DNA from: a virus
DNA length: 64,000 nt
Reading direction: 5' to 3' (one strand)
Virus record (IMG/VR): IMGVR_UViG_3300002595_000019
Location: 19,513 to 83,512 of that record
Part shown: one piece after another, positions 8,895 through 18,816 of the stretch
How positions within the stretch are numbered: position 1 is the first letter of the stretch
Layout of the letters: every line of letters begins with the position of its first letter
The notes under the pieces: model-generated
The model's input: only the letters and a program-made list of their open reading frames with translations
What the model was told of the DNA's origin: nothing
Databases searched by the model: none
Position numbers and translations under genes: made by a program

Positions 8895-10097
8895 ATGACT
8901 ATCAACGAACTGTGCGAAAAGCGTAACCAGGCTTGGGAGGCTGCAAAGGCTTTTGTGGAAACCAAGCGCGACAAGGACGGTCTGCTTTCCGATGAGGATG
9001 CAAAGACTTATGCACAGATGGAGAAGAAGGTTCAGGACTACGGTGCTGAAATCGAGCGTATGGAGGCTATGTCCGCTATGGATGCCCAGCTTTCCAAGCC
9101 TACCTCTGCTCCCATCACTGAAAAGCCTATGAACGGCAAACCTATGGACGGCAAGAAGGAAAAGACCGGACGTGCTTCCGATGCATACAAGGAAGGTATG
9201 CTCAAGGCTCTCCGTACCAACTTCCGTAACGTGTCCAATGTTCTCCAGGAAGGCGTGGATGCCGACGGCGGTTATCTCGTACCCGAAGAGTATGATTCTC
9301 GCCTTATCGAGGCATTGGAGGAAGAGAACATCTTCCGTAAGCTGGGTCACACCATCACTACAAGCGGTGAGCGTAAAATCAACATCGCAGCCACTAAGCC
9401 TGCGGCTGCGTGGATTGACGAGGGCGAGGAACTCACCTGGGGTGATGCAAAGTTTGCCCAGATCAACCTGGATGCACACAAACTCCATGTTGCCGTTAAG
9501 GTAACCGAGGAACTTCTGTATGACAATGCCTTCGGTCTTGAGAATTACATCATCCGTCAGTTCTCCAAGGCTCTGGCAAATGCCGAAGAGGATGCTTTCC
9601 TCAACGGTACCGGCACGGGTCAGCCTTTGGGTCTGCTTGCTACCGAGGGCGGTGCTGAAATCGGTGTGACTGCTGCATCTGCAACGGAAATCACTTCCGA
9701 TGAAATCATCGACCTTGTGTACTCCCTCAAGCGTCCTTACCGTAAGAACGCCAAGTTTATCTGCAATGACCAGACTTTGGCTGCCATCCGTAAGCTGACC
9801 GACAAGAACGGCCGTTACCTCTGGCAGGATTCCGTACAGGCGGGAGAGCCTGGCAGACTCTTGGGTTATGAGGTGTACACTTCCCCTTATTTCCCTGTCA
9901 TCACTGCAGGTATGCCTGCCATTGCTTTTGGTGACTATAGCTACTACAACATTGGTGACCGTGGTACTCGTTCCTTTGCGGAACTGAAGGAACTCTTCGC
10001 CGGAAACGGTATGGTCGGCTTTGTTGCCAAGGAGCGTGTGGACGGTAAGTTGATTCTTTCCGAAGCCGTGAAATTGCTCAAGATGGCTGCTGCCTAA
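8895..10097 (+). CDS. Major capsid protein, HK97 family
   Basis: N-terminal coiled coil, DGGYLVPEE, DAFLNGTGTGQPLG, LLGYEV, ERVDGK. Confidence 0.95.
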   Translation: MTINELCEKRNQAWEAAKAFVETKRDKDGLLSDEDAKTYAQMEKKVQDYGAEIERMEAMSAMDAQLSKPTSAPITEKPMNGKPMDGKKEKTGRASDAYKEGMLKALRTNFRNVSNVLQEGVDADGGYLVPEEYDSRLIEALEEENIFRKLGHTITTSGERKINIAATKPAAAWIDEGEELTWGDAKFAQINLDAHKLHVAVKVTEELLYDNAFGLENYIIRQFSKALANAEEDAFLNGTGTGQPLGLLATEGGAEIGVTAASATEITSDEIIDLVYSLKRPYRKNAKFICNDQTLAAIRKLTDKNGRYLWQDSVQAGEPGRLLGYEVYTSPYFPVITAGMPAIAFGDYSYYNIGDRGTRSFAELKELFAGNGMVGFVAKERVDGKLILSEAVKLLKMAAA

Positions 10098-10114
10098 GAT
10101 GGGAGGTGGCAGTG

Positions 10115-10426
10115 ATGAGCGAACTTCTTACGAAGGTCAAGGAAAATCTGATACTGGAGCATTCGGTGGATGATGGACTGATTGAAAGGTTCATCACTGC
10201 CGCCGTTTCTTATGCGGAAAGCTATCAGCACATCGAAGCAGGATATTATACAGAAAATGCGATGCCCGCTACCACGGAACAAGCCGTGATTATGCTGGCA
10301 TCGCATTTCTATGAATCAAGGGATGGCTCTACGGGCGGTTTTTTTGCCGACAACGTGCAAGCCGGACAGCAGGTCTGGAATACGGTCAATCTTCTCTTAA
10401 GGCTCGACCGAGATTGGAAGGTGTGA
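10115..10426 (+). CDS. Head-tail connector (gp6-like)
   Basis: VKENLILEHSVDD..AVIMLASHFYESR; follows capsid gene. Confidence 0.85.
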   Translation: MSELLTKVKENLILEHSVDDGLIERFITAAVSYAESYQHIEAGYYTENAMPATTEQAVIMLASHFYESRDGSTGGFFADNVQAGQQVWNTVNLLLRLDRDWKV

Positions 10427-10427
10427 C

Positions 10428-10763
10428 ATGAGTTTCGGAAAAATGAACGGTTTTACAGATATCATTATTGCAAAACGCATCAAGGACAGCGAGGGTTTCA
10501 CCACTACGGTGGATGAAATCCTTGCATCTGTCCGTGTGTACAGAGAAGGACGCCACGGCAGTGAACGGTGGGCAAACCTCGCTGCGTTCTCCGAGGCGAC
10601 TGACCTGTTCCGTTTCCGTTGCATTCCCGGTCTTACCGTTACCACAGACCACATTTTGGTGTGTGAGGACGGACGCTTTGAAATCACATCCGTTGAAGAT
10701 GTGAAAGGCAGAGGGATGTATACGGAGGTGCTTGCGAAAAAGGTGGTGGCGACAAATGGCTAA
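10428..10763 (+). CDS. Head-tail adaptor / head closure protein
   Basis: Size, position, ..RFEITSVEDVKGRGMY.EV C-terminus. Confidence 0.8.
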   Translation: MSFGKMNGFTDIIIAKRIKDSEGFTTTVDEILASVRVYREGRHGSERWANLAAFSEATDLFRFRCIPGLTVTTDHILVCEDGRFEITSVEDVKGRGMYTEVLAKKVVATNG

Positions 10764-11187
10764 AGTGGACATCAAAATGCCGGAGGAGTTTTTGCAGCGT
10801 GTTTCACGGCTCGGTTCGAACTTTGACCCTGTGGCTGAAAAGGTGCTTGAAGCCGGAGGCGAGATTGTTCTTGCAAAGGCGCAGAGCAACCTTTCTTCCG
10901 TAGTCGGCAACGGCACAAAATATGAGTCCCGTTCCACGGGAGAACTGGAGTCGGCACTTGGTCTGTCCTCTGTGAAGATGGATAAGAACGGCAATCACAA
11001 TATCAAGGTTGGCTTTGCAGAACCCCGCCGTGATGGTATCAGCAACGCAAAACTCGCCAATATCATCGAATACGGAAAACACGGTCAGTCTGCCAAACCT
11101 TTTATGAAACCCGCAAAAACTGCATCCCGTGCTGCCTGTATCAGTGCCATGCAGGATAAATTTGAAGAGGAGGTCAGAAAGCTGTGA
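10756..11187 (+). CDS. HK97 gp10-like tail completion protein
   Basis: TGELESAL, IIEYGK....AKPFMKPA. Confidence 0.8.
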   Translation: MAKVDIKMPEEFLQRVSRLGSNFDPVAEKVLEAGGEIVLAKAQSNLSSVVGNGTKYESRSTGELESALGLSSVKMDKNGNHNIKVGFAEPRRDGISNAKLANIIEYGKHGQSAKPFMKPAKTASRAACISAMQDKFEEEVRKL

Positions 11188-11525
11188 GTGTACTATCAGA
11201 TATCAATACGGCTTTGGAGCCTTTGGGCATACCGCTTGAAACGGGTGTCTTTAAGGATGATGCACCGGAGAAATATATCGTAATTGTGCCTATGGCAGAC
11301 AGCTTTGCACTTCATTCGGATAACGCTCCCGGATGCGATATCCAGGAGGCACGAATTTCCCTGTATGCCAAAGGCCGTTATACCAAAGAGAAAAATGCAA
11401 TCGTCCGTGCTGTGCTTGGCGCGGATTTTACCATAACTGACCGAAGATACATCGGTTATGAAACAGAAACAGGCTACTTCCATTACAACGTGGATGTGGC
11501 AAAACATTATGAAATGGAGGAATAA
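11184..11525 (+). CDS. Putative tail terminator protein
   Basis: Size and position before the tail tube gene; YETETGYFH. Confidence 0.65.
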   Translation: MSVLSDINTALEPLGIPLETGVFKDDAPEKYIVIVPMADSFALHSDNAPGCDIQEARISLYAKGRYTKEKNAIVRAVLGADFTITDRRYIGYETETGYFHYNVDVAKHYEMEE

Positions 11526-11528
11526 TCA

Positions 11529-12125
11529 ATGGCTACTATTGGTCTTGACAAACTTTATTATGCCAAAATCACCGAGGATGAAAACGGCAACGAAACCTAT
11601 GCATCTCCGGTACAGTTGGCAAAGGCAATGACCGCTGATTTGTCGGTGGAACTTGCAGAAGCAACCCTTTATGCCGATGACGGTGCATCCGAAATCGTGA
11701 AGGAATTTAAGTCCGGCACTCTTTCTTTGGGTGTGGATGATATCGGTGCTTCTACGGCATCCGACCTTACAGGTGCTACCATCGATGCAAACGGTGTCGT
11801 GGTTTCCACAAGTGAGGACGGCGGTGAGCCTGTGGCTGTGGGATTTAGAGCAAAGAAGTCTAACGGCAAGTACAAGTATTACTGGCTGTACCGTGTGAAG
11901 TTCGGTATCCCTGCCACAAGCCTTGCTACCAAGGGTGACAGCATTACCTTCTCAACGCCTACCATCGAGGGTACAATCCTTCGCCGTAACAAAGTGGACG
12001 GTCAGAATAAGCACCCTTGGAAGGCAGAGGTAACCGAAGGAGATGCTGCTGTTGCAGCAGATATCATCACAAACTGGTATCAGGAAGTATATGAACCTTC
12101 CTATGCTACCGAGGCTGCGGAATAA
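11529..12125 (+). CDS. Major tail protein (phi13 family)
   Basis: MATIGLDKLYYAKIT, EATLYADD, VAVGFR, YWLYRVKF. Confidence 0.92.
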   Translation: MATIGLDKLYYAKITEDENGNETYASPVQLAKAMTADLSVELAEATLYADDGASEIVKEFKSGTLSLGVDDIGASTASDLTGATIDANGVVVSTSEDGGEPVAVGFRAKKSNGKYKYYWLYRVKFGIPATSLATKGDSITFSTPTIEGTILRRNKVDGQNKHPWKAEVTEGDAAVAADIITNWYQEVYEPSYATEAAE

Positions 12126-12139
12126 GGAGGATATGACAC

Positions 12140-12523
12140 ATGGATAATGAACGCTCTGCAATTATCAATATCGGTGGTGACGAGTATGAACTGCTTTTGA
12201 CCACCAAGGCTACCAAGGAAATTGCAGGACGCTACGGCGGTCTTGAGAACCTTGGCGACAAGCTGATGAAATCTGAGAACTTCGAGATGGCTATCGGCGA
12301 AATCGTGTGGCTGATTACCTTGCTTGCCAATCAGTCCATCCTTGTTCACAATCTGAAGAACAAGGAAAACAAAAAGGATGTCCTTACGGAGGAAATGGTG
12401 GAACTTCTGACCACACCTCTCGATTTGGCAGATTACAAGGCTGCCATTACCGAGGCTTTGTATAAGGGCACCAAGAGAAATGTGGTCAGTGAGGCTGACT
12501 CAAAAAACGTGGCGGTCGAGTAA
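12140..12523 (+). CDS. Tail assembly chaperone
   Basis: Between tail tube and tape measure genes; contains a slippery site near its end. Confidence 0.8.
   Translation: MDNERSAIINIGGDEYELLLTTKATKEIAGRYGGLENLGDKLMKSENFEMAIGEIVWLITLLANQSILVHNLKNKENKKDVLTEEMVELLTTPLDLADYKAAITEALYKGTKRNVVSEADSKNVAVE
12502..12508 (+). other. -1 ribosomal frameshift slippery heptamer A AAA AAC
   Basis: X XXY YYZ in frame (TCA AAA AAC); the -1 frame stays open to TGA at 12709-12711. Confidence 0.8.
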
Positions 12524-12711
12524 GTGACGATGAGTTATTTACTCGACTTTTATATTACGGCATCGCCCATCTTCATCTGACCCAGGATGAGGTGTGGTTG
12601 ATGTCATTTGGTCTGCTCCTGGATTTATGGGAGTGCCACAAACAGTATAACGGGCTTGCGAAGCCTGTGAGGGAATATTTCATTGATGACATTATTCCTG
12701 CCGGAATCTGA
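12508..12711 (+). CDS. Frameshift extension of tail chaperone (lambda gpT equivalent)
   Basis: -1 frame reads RGGRVSDDELFTRLLYYGIAHLHLTQDEVWLMSFGLLLDLWECHKQYNG..IPAGI; not in the ORF track. Confidence 0.75.
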   Translation, partial: RGGRVSDDELFTRLLYYGIAHLHLTQDEVWLMSFGLLLDLWECHKQYNGLAKPVREYFIDDIIPAGI

Positions 12712-12728
12712 TGAAGGAGGTGGTTTGA

Positions 12729-15284
12729 ATGGCAGATGATTTTGGCTTAAAAATCGGTCTTGAGGGCGAAAAAGAATTCAAGAAGGCACTGTCCGAAATC
12801 AATCAGTCCTTCAAGGTTCTCGGCTCGGAAATGAAGGTCGTACAGTCGCAGTTCGACAAAAACGACAGTTCCGTAGAAGCACTCACGGCAAGAAACCAGG
12901 TGCTGAATAAGGAAATCGAGGCACAAAAACAGAAAATCGAAACGCTCCGACAGGCTCTTACCAATGCCTCCGAGTCCTTCGGTGAAAATGACCGCAGAAC
13001 GCAGGCATGGCAGATTCAACTTAATAATGCTACGGCGGCGCTCAATGATATGGAGCGTGAACTCGACCGTAACAATACGGCTCTTGATGAGGCGGAGCGT
13101 GAAATGGACGATGCCGCCGACGCTGCGGATGATCTGGAAGAAGAAATCGATGATGCCGGGGATGCTGCCGATGACTCCGAGGGTAAGTTCTCTAAACTCG
13201 GTTCTACGCTGAAAACGGTCGGTGTGGCAATGGGAGCGGTGGTCACGGCTGCCGCTGCCGCCGCAGTTTCCCTTGGTAAAGCCGTGGTGGAAGCATACGG
13301 CGAGTATGAGCAGTTGGTTGGTGGTATCGACACGCTGTTCAAGGATTCCTCTGCATCATTGCAGGAGTACGCCAATAACGCCTATAAGACGGCGGGTATG
13401 TCGGCAAATGACTATATGTCCACGGTCACTTCTTTTTCTGCATCCCTTATTTCTTCTCTCGGTGGTGATACCGAGGCGGCAGTGAAATATGCGGATATGG
13501 CCATTACCGACATGGCGGATAACGCCAATAAGATGGGTACGGATATTGGACTCATCCAGAACGCATACCAGGGATTTGCCAAGCAGAACTATACGATGCT
13601 GGACAACTTGAAACTTGGTTACGGCGGCACAAAGACCGAAATGGAGCGTCTGCTTGCCGATGCACAGGCTATTTCCGGCATTGAATATGACATCAGTTCC
13701 TATGCGGATGTGGTGGAGGCTATCCACGTCATTCAGGAAAGCATGGGAGTGGCAGGAGCAACGGCAGCAGAAGCCGAGCATACCATTGAGGGTTCTATGA
13801 ACGCCATGAAGGCTGCCATCGATAACCTTATTGTAGGTTTCGGTGATGCGGATGCCGACATTGAGATGCTATGCAACAATGTGGTGGATGCCTTCCAGGA
13901 TGTGATGACAAACATCACTCCGGTAATTGAAAACATTATCTCGGCACTGCCAACGGCTCTGAATGCACTGCTCTCGACCGTGGGAGAACTTCTTCCTACG
14001 CTGTTGGACACGGTGGTTGACCTGTTCTCCCAGGTGCTGAACACCATACTGACCATGCTGCCGGAACTTATCCCCGTGGTGATTGAAGCGTTAATGACCA
14101 TCGTGAACACGCTGATAGAAAATCTGCCACTGCTCATCGATGCCGCCATTCAGATAGTGATGTCTTTGGTACAGGGCATCGGAGAGGCTCTGCCTACGCT
14201 GATTCCAACGGCGGTGCAAGCGGTTATTACCATTGTTCAGAGTCTTATTGACAGTTTGCCGATGATACTGGATGCAGCATTGCAGCTTATCCAGGGTCTT
14301 GCAGATGGTTTGCTTACGGCAATTCCCGTGCTGATTGAGGCACTGCCGTCCATCATACTTGCCATTGTGGATTTTGTGATTGGGGCAATCCCTCAAATCA
14401 TAGACGCGGGCATTCAGTTACTGACTTCGTTGGTTTCTGCATTGCCGGAAATCATTGTGGCAATTGTGGAGGCAATACCGCAGATTATTGATGGCATTAT
14501 CACGGCGGTGCTTGGTTCGATTCCGCAGATTATCCAAGCGGGTATCGATTTGCTTGTTGCCCTTATCCAGGCATTACCGGAAATCATCACAACCATTGTG
14601 GCGGCAATTCCGGAGATTATCGGTTCTGTGGTAAATGCTCTTATAAACAGCATTCCGCAAATCGTACAGGCAGGTGTTACGCTTCTTACTTCTTTGATTA
14701 AGAACCTGCCTACTATCATCGTGGAAATCGTAAAAGCCGTACCGCAAATTCTGTCCGGTTTGGTTTCTGCCTTTGGTAAGGGTGTATCTCAGCTTGCCAA
14801 TGTCGGTGCAAACCTTGTAAAGGGTCTGTGGCAGGGTATCCAGTCCCTTGCCGGATGGCTTTGGGATAAGGTGTCCGGTTGGATTTCTTCCATCTGGGAC
14901 GGCATCTGCGACTTTTTCGGTATTCACTCGCCTTCGGATGAGATGGCGTGGATTGGTGAAATGCTTGTGGAAGGTCTGGCAGGCTCCATCAATACCAATG
15001 GTAAAGATGCGGTTGCTGCCGCTGAAGGTATGAGCAAGGACATCAACGATGTGATGCACAGCCTTGCTGATGATATGACTACGGCACTTCCTACGGACTT
15101 TAGTGTGAATGGTACGGTCAACCGTAATGATACGGTATCCGGTGCAGGATTCGGCACAGGTGCACTTATCACCATTCAGCAGATGATTGTCCGAAGCGAA
15201 GAGGATATCCGTAAGATTTCCCAGGAACTCTACAACTTGATTCAGAGTGGCTCCCGTGCACAGGGACACTTCACTACGGCATAA
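12729..15284 (+). CDS. Tape measure protein
   Basis: 851 aa, coiled-coil N-terminus, LDNLKLGYGGT motif, amphipathic repeats. Confidence 0.93.
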   Translation: MADDFGLKIGLEGEKEFKKALSEINQSFKVLGSEMKVVQSQFDKNDSSVEALTARNQVLNKEIEAQKQKIETLRQALTNASESFGENDRRTQAWQIQLNNATAALNDMERELDRNNTALDEAEREMDDAADAADDLEEEIDDAGDAADDSEGKFSKLGSTLKTVGVAMGAVVTAAAAAAVSLGKAVVEAYGEYEQLVGGIDTLFKDSSASLQEYANNAYKTAGMSANDYMSTVTSFSASLISSLGGDTEAAVKYADMAITDMADNANKMGTDIGLIQNAYQGFAKQNYTMLDNLKLGYGGTKTEMERLLADAQAISGIEYDISSYADVVEAIHVIQESMGVAGATAAEAEHTIEGSMNAMKAAIDNLIVGFGDADADIEMLCNNVVDAFQDVMTNITPVIENIISALPTALNALLSTVGELLPTLLDTVVDLFSQVLNTILTMLPELIPVVIEALMTIVNTLIENLPLLIDAAIQIVMSLVQGIGEALPTLIPTAVQAVITIVQSLIDSLPMILDAALQLIQGLADGLLTAIPVLIEALPSIILAIVDFVIGAIPQIIDAGIQLLTSLVSALPEIIVAIVEAIPQIIDGIITAVLGSIPQIIQAGIDLLVALIQALPEIITTIVAAIPEIIGSVVNALINSIPQIVQAGVTLLTSLIKNLPTIIVEIVKAVPQILSGLVSAFGKGVSQLANVGANLVKGLWQGIQSLAGWLWDKVSGWISSIWDGICDFFGIHSPSDEMAWIGEMLVEGLAGSINTNGKDAVAAAEGMSKDINDVMHSLADDMTTALPTDFSVNGTVNRNDTVSGAGFGTGALITIQQMIVRSEEDIRKISQELYNLIQSGSRAQGHFTTA

Positions 15285-15300
15285 AGGAGGGGTTTGACCT

Positions 15301-16077
15301 ATGGGTTTTATTTTTAATGACATTACGTCGGGCAGCATGGGCATCAAAGCCCGCCTGACTTCCTGGCAAGTGTGTGGTAAGATGCGTAATTTTACCACCA
15401 CTGTGCCGGGTAAATACGGTGTTGCAGATTTCGGTGCTGATTTCGATTACCGTGAAATCAATGTCCACTGCAACATTTACCCGAAACACAACTTTACGGC
15501 ATTGGTATCTGCCTTGGACGATATCGCAGCATGGCTTGACCCTGTGCAGGGGTTACGCCAACTTATTTTTGATGATGTGCCAGACAGATACTTTATGGCA
15601 AGACTTAACGATGCGGTGGACTGTGAAAGGCTCATCCGCTCGGCAGGTTCTTTTGATTTGAAGTTCTTCTGCCCAGATCCTTTCGGTTATGCCATCACCG
15701 ATGAAACTTTCTCCATCACGGAGGAAGGCTCTCACACCGTGACCCGTGCAATCGGTAATATTGAGTCGTTGCCAATTTATCGTATCAGCGGTGTGGTGAC
15801 CGCCGGGGCAAGCAATTATATCAGTATTACCACAAATGGCGCGGAACTGAAAATTGTAAACGCAACGCTGTCAGAGGGAGAAACCCTGGTTGTGGATACG
15901 GATAAAATGACCGCCTATGTGGTGGATGAAAACGGAGAAACACTCCGCAACGGTCTGCCGTATTTGCAGGAACTGAACTTTCCGACCCTTGCTGTCGGAG
16001 ATAACACCGTCACCGTGGAGGTAAGCAATGCTACGCTGACGGAATTACAGATACAAGCCAAGAGCAGATGGAGGTGA
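15301..16077 (+). CDS. Distal tail protein (Dit)
   Basis: MGFIFNDITS, LIFDDVPDRYFMAR, FFCPDPFGY, FPTLAVGDN. Confidence 0.85.
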   Translation: MGFIFNDITSGSMGIKARLTSWQVCGKMRNFTTTVPGKYGVADFGADFDYREINVHCNIYPKHNFTALVSALDDIAAWLDPVQGLRQLIFDDVPDRYFMARLNDAVDCERLIRSAGSFDLKFFCPDPFGYAITDETFSITEEGSHTVTRAIGNIESLPIYRISGVVTAGASNYISITTNGAELKIVNATLSEGETLVVDTDKMTAYVVDENGETLRNGLPYLQELNFPTLAVGDNTVTVEVSNATLTELQIQAKSRWR

Positions 16078-16081
16078 CGGC

Positions 16082-18607
16082 ATGGCTCTGAAAATGATAC
16101 TGAATAAGCAGACAGATTTTACAGGAGAATTTCCTGCGGAGTATGCTGCCTCCGGTCTGTGGCGTTTTAACGAGTCTGCACCGGATGAAGATACGGCACT
16201 TGCCGATTCCTCCGGTAATGGCAGAAACTTTACCATCGTCAATTGGAGTGGTACAACGGCAAACTTAAGTAAAAGTCCGAAAGGCAGACAGATTCGTTTT
16301 AATATCAATAATCCGACATTTGAAAAGACTCACCTGCAGGTGACCAATGACGGCAGCATCTTTGCTAACCTCGGTGAGCGTATCATTGTGGGTGGTTGGA
16401 TGTGTCCTACCACTTATTCTGTCGGTAATACCTTCTGTCCGATATTCAATACCCGTTACGGTCCGGGACAGCCGATTTTCTATTTGTCCCTGTATTCCGG
16501 CAAACCGAGAATTATGCTTTATAACTCTTCTGGCAGTCTTATCCTCGATAAGACCGTGACCCCATCCTTTGCACTGAAGAATGGCGGTTGGTATTTTATC
16601 GCAGGAGTCATTGAACCGAATAACAAGAAGTTCACCTATGTGGTAGGCGACCGTTCCACAGGAGAAGTGTGGAAGTCGGATGCTCTGTCCTTTACGGGAA
16701 CGTTGAATGCATCCTGCACGGCGGATCTGGTTATCGGTATGCACGCCACAAGCTATTATTATGCAGGAGGCTTTGACGATTGGTTTTTAGATTGCGATTC
16801 ACAACTTACGGCAGATGATTTGGTGGACTATTTTAATGCCACCATTCTCTGTAACGGTGCTGACAGTTCCGCTGATGTGGATGCTCTTACCGATGCAAGC
16901 GGTGTAACGCTGAAAGCAACGGATGGTGTCTATCCGGAAAGCGGTATTCTTTATACCAAGGCAGTGGAGTGCAATCTTTCCGGCACGGGCAAGGTGTCCT
17001 ATACAAGTGAGTATGTGGCAGGAACAACGGCAGTGGCATCGGTGGAAACCTCCACCAGTGATGACCTCACCGATTGGAGTGATTGGGTTGCTGTCGGAAC
17101 GGACGGCAAGCTGCAATCACCGAACCGAAATTATATCCGCTTTAAAGTCACGCTGACCACAACGGATACAAGTAAAACACCGAAACTCATTGATATCCGC
17201 CTTTATGACATTCCAAAGGCGCCTTATGAGAAAATCGGCTATGCCCGTCCTGTTGTACTTGATGATAACGGTGCGTGGGAGGCCATTTTGGAGAATGCCT
17301 ACGATATCATCGTTACGGGCGAAATCAATGGTGAGGATACGCTGACCTTTTCCATTCCGTTTCGTGACAGCAAACGAAAGTACCTGGAGAATGAAAAGAA
17401 AATCCAGATCGTGGATGATGTGTATAAAATCCGTACCGTTACCGATGTGAAGGACAGCACCGGAAATACCGTCACGCAGATTTATGCCGAGGCGGAGTTT
17501 TACGATTTGACCTTCTCTGTCCGTAAGGAAGAAAAAAAGTTTGATGCGGAAACTGCGGATGTTGCAATGGCGTATGCCCTTGCTGATACCGAGTGGAGTG
17601 TGGGAACGGTCAATGTTACCACCAAGCGAACATGGACTTCCACGGAAAAGAACGCTCTTTCCATCCTCCGTAGCGTTGCCAATCTTCACGGCGGCGACCT
17701 TGTTTTTGACTGTCCGAACCGACTGGTGCATCTGCTGACGGTAAATGGCAAAGACAGCGGTGCCTTGTTTGCGTATAAGAAGAATATGAAAAGCATCGAG
17801 CGTGTTGTGGACACCCGCTCCCTTGTAACAAGGCTTTATGCGGTTGGTGCCAACGGAATGACCTTTGCCGACATCAACGGAGGCAAGCCTTACCTTGAGG
17901 ATTTCACTTATTCCAAGGAAGTGCGTATTACTACTTTGGATTGTTCTTCCTTTACCAACCCGTATCAGATGAAGGAATACACGGCCATGCGCCTTGCGGA
18001 ATACTGCAAGCCTTCCGTTTCCTACGTGCTGAATGCGATGGACTTGTCCGTGCTGACAGGATATGAGCATGAAGCGTGGAACCTCGGTGATTATGTCCGT
18101 GTGGAAGATAAGGACTTGGGACTTTCTGTTACCACCCGTATCGTGCGCCGTGAATACAACCTGCAGGAGCCTTGGAACACGGTATTGGAACTTTCCACCA
18201 CGCTCAAAAACCTCGGCAGTTCGGTCAGTTCCATTGATACCATTGCCGATGCTTTGGAAGGCACAGGAATGGTATCCAACAACGATATCCGTGAACTTGT
18301 GCCGTTCAATCATCTGCGAAACTCCCGTGCCGATGATGGACTTGCTTATTGGGTCAGTTCCGGTTTTGAGGCAGACGGAGAAAACGGTGCATCCGGCACA
18401 GCATCCTTTAAGGCTGTGGGTGTGGAAGGTATGACCTTGAGCCTTGCCCAGACCGTGTATCCGTCCAACCGTAGCAGTTATACACTGTCGGCACAGATTG
18501 CTTCGGATGACTTAAAGAAGCTATCTGATGATGCCCAGGTGGGCATTGAGGTGGTTATCGAATACGAGGACGGCAGCACAGAAACAAGATTTATTGATTT
18601 GTACTGA
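16082..18607 (+). CDS. Tail spike/Tal-like protein with N-terminal LamG/ConA-like domain
   Basis: LWRFNE..ADSSGNGRN and GGFDDW lectin-like segment; prophage-tail domain (EINGEDTLTF, KSIERVVD..LVTRLY); C-terminal partial CBM-like segment. Confidence 0.8.
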   Translation: MALKMILNKQTDFTGEFPAEYAASGLWRFNESAPDEDTALADSSGNGRNFTIVNWSGTTANLSKSPKGRQIRFNINNPTFEKTHLQVTNDGSIFANLGERIIVGGWMCPTTYSVGNTFCPIFNTRYGPGQPIFYLSLYSGKPRIMLYNSSGSLILDKTVTPSFALKNGGWYFIAGVIEPNNKKFTYVVGDRSTGEVWKSDALSFTGTLNASCTADLVIGMHATSYYYAGGFDDWFLDCDSQLTADDLVDYFNATILCNGADSSADVDALTDASGVTLKATDGVYPESGILYTKAVECNLSGTGKVSYTSEYVAGTTAVASVETSTSDDLTDWSDWVAVGTDGKLQSPNRNYIRFKVTLTTTDTSKTPKLIDIRLYDIPKAPYEKIGYARPVVLDDNGAWEAILENAYDIIVTGEINGEDTLTFSIPFRDSKRKYLENEKKIQIVDDVYKIRTVTDVKDSTGNTVTQIYAEAEFYDLTFSVRKEEKKFDAETADVAMAYALADTEWSVGTVNVTTKRTWTSTEKNALSILRSVANLHGGDLVFDCPNRLVHLLTVNGKDSGALFAYKKNMKSIERVVDTRSLVTRLYAVGANGMTFADINGGKPYLEDFTYSKEVRITTLDCSSFTNPYQMKEYTAMRLAEYCKPSVSYVLNAMDLSVLTGYEHEAWNLGDYVRVEDKDLGLSVTTRIVRREYNLQEPWNTVLELSTTLKNLGSSVSSIDTIADALEGTGMVSNNDIRELVPFNHLRNSRADDGLAYWVSSGFEADGENGASGTASFKAVGVEGMTLSLAQTVYPSNRSSYTLSAQIASDDLKKLSDDAQVGIEVVIEYEDGSTETRFIDLY

Positions 18608-18618
18608 TGGAGGTGCTT

Positions 18619-18816
18619 ATGGCTTATTTTTCTAAAACATCGGAGAAGATTACGCCGGAAAGCTACTTCTCCAAAGTGAAATCCATTACAGTGCGTGTGT
18701 GCATTACTAATTGCACAGGCACTTTGTATATTACAGACCTTTTGCTACAGCCCGGTTCTGTAGCCACGGGATGGGTAGGTCATCCTTGCGAGATGAAGTG
18801 GGTATTGGATGGCTAA
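18619..18816 (+). CDS. Small tail-associated protein (half of a jelly-roll/CBM-like domain)
   Basis: SD GGAGG; KSITVRVCITNCTGTLYITDLLLQPG is similar to the N-terminus of the next gene. Confidence 0.65.
   Translation: MAYFSKTSEKITPESYFSKVKSITVRVCITNCTGTLYITDLLLQPGSVATGWVGHPCEMKWVLDG

Noticed and set aside
13900-14800. Repetitive sequence in the tape measure gene
   Set aside because: Ordinary amphipathic protein repeats; no DGR template/variable repeat or reverse transcriptase in the window
18590-18612. Programmed frameshift fusing the tail spike to the next ORF
   Set aside because: The -1 frame has a TGA at 18595 and no canonical slippery heptamer; the next ORF has its own SD
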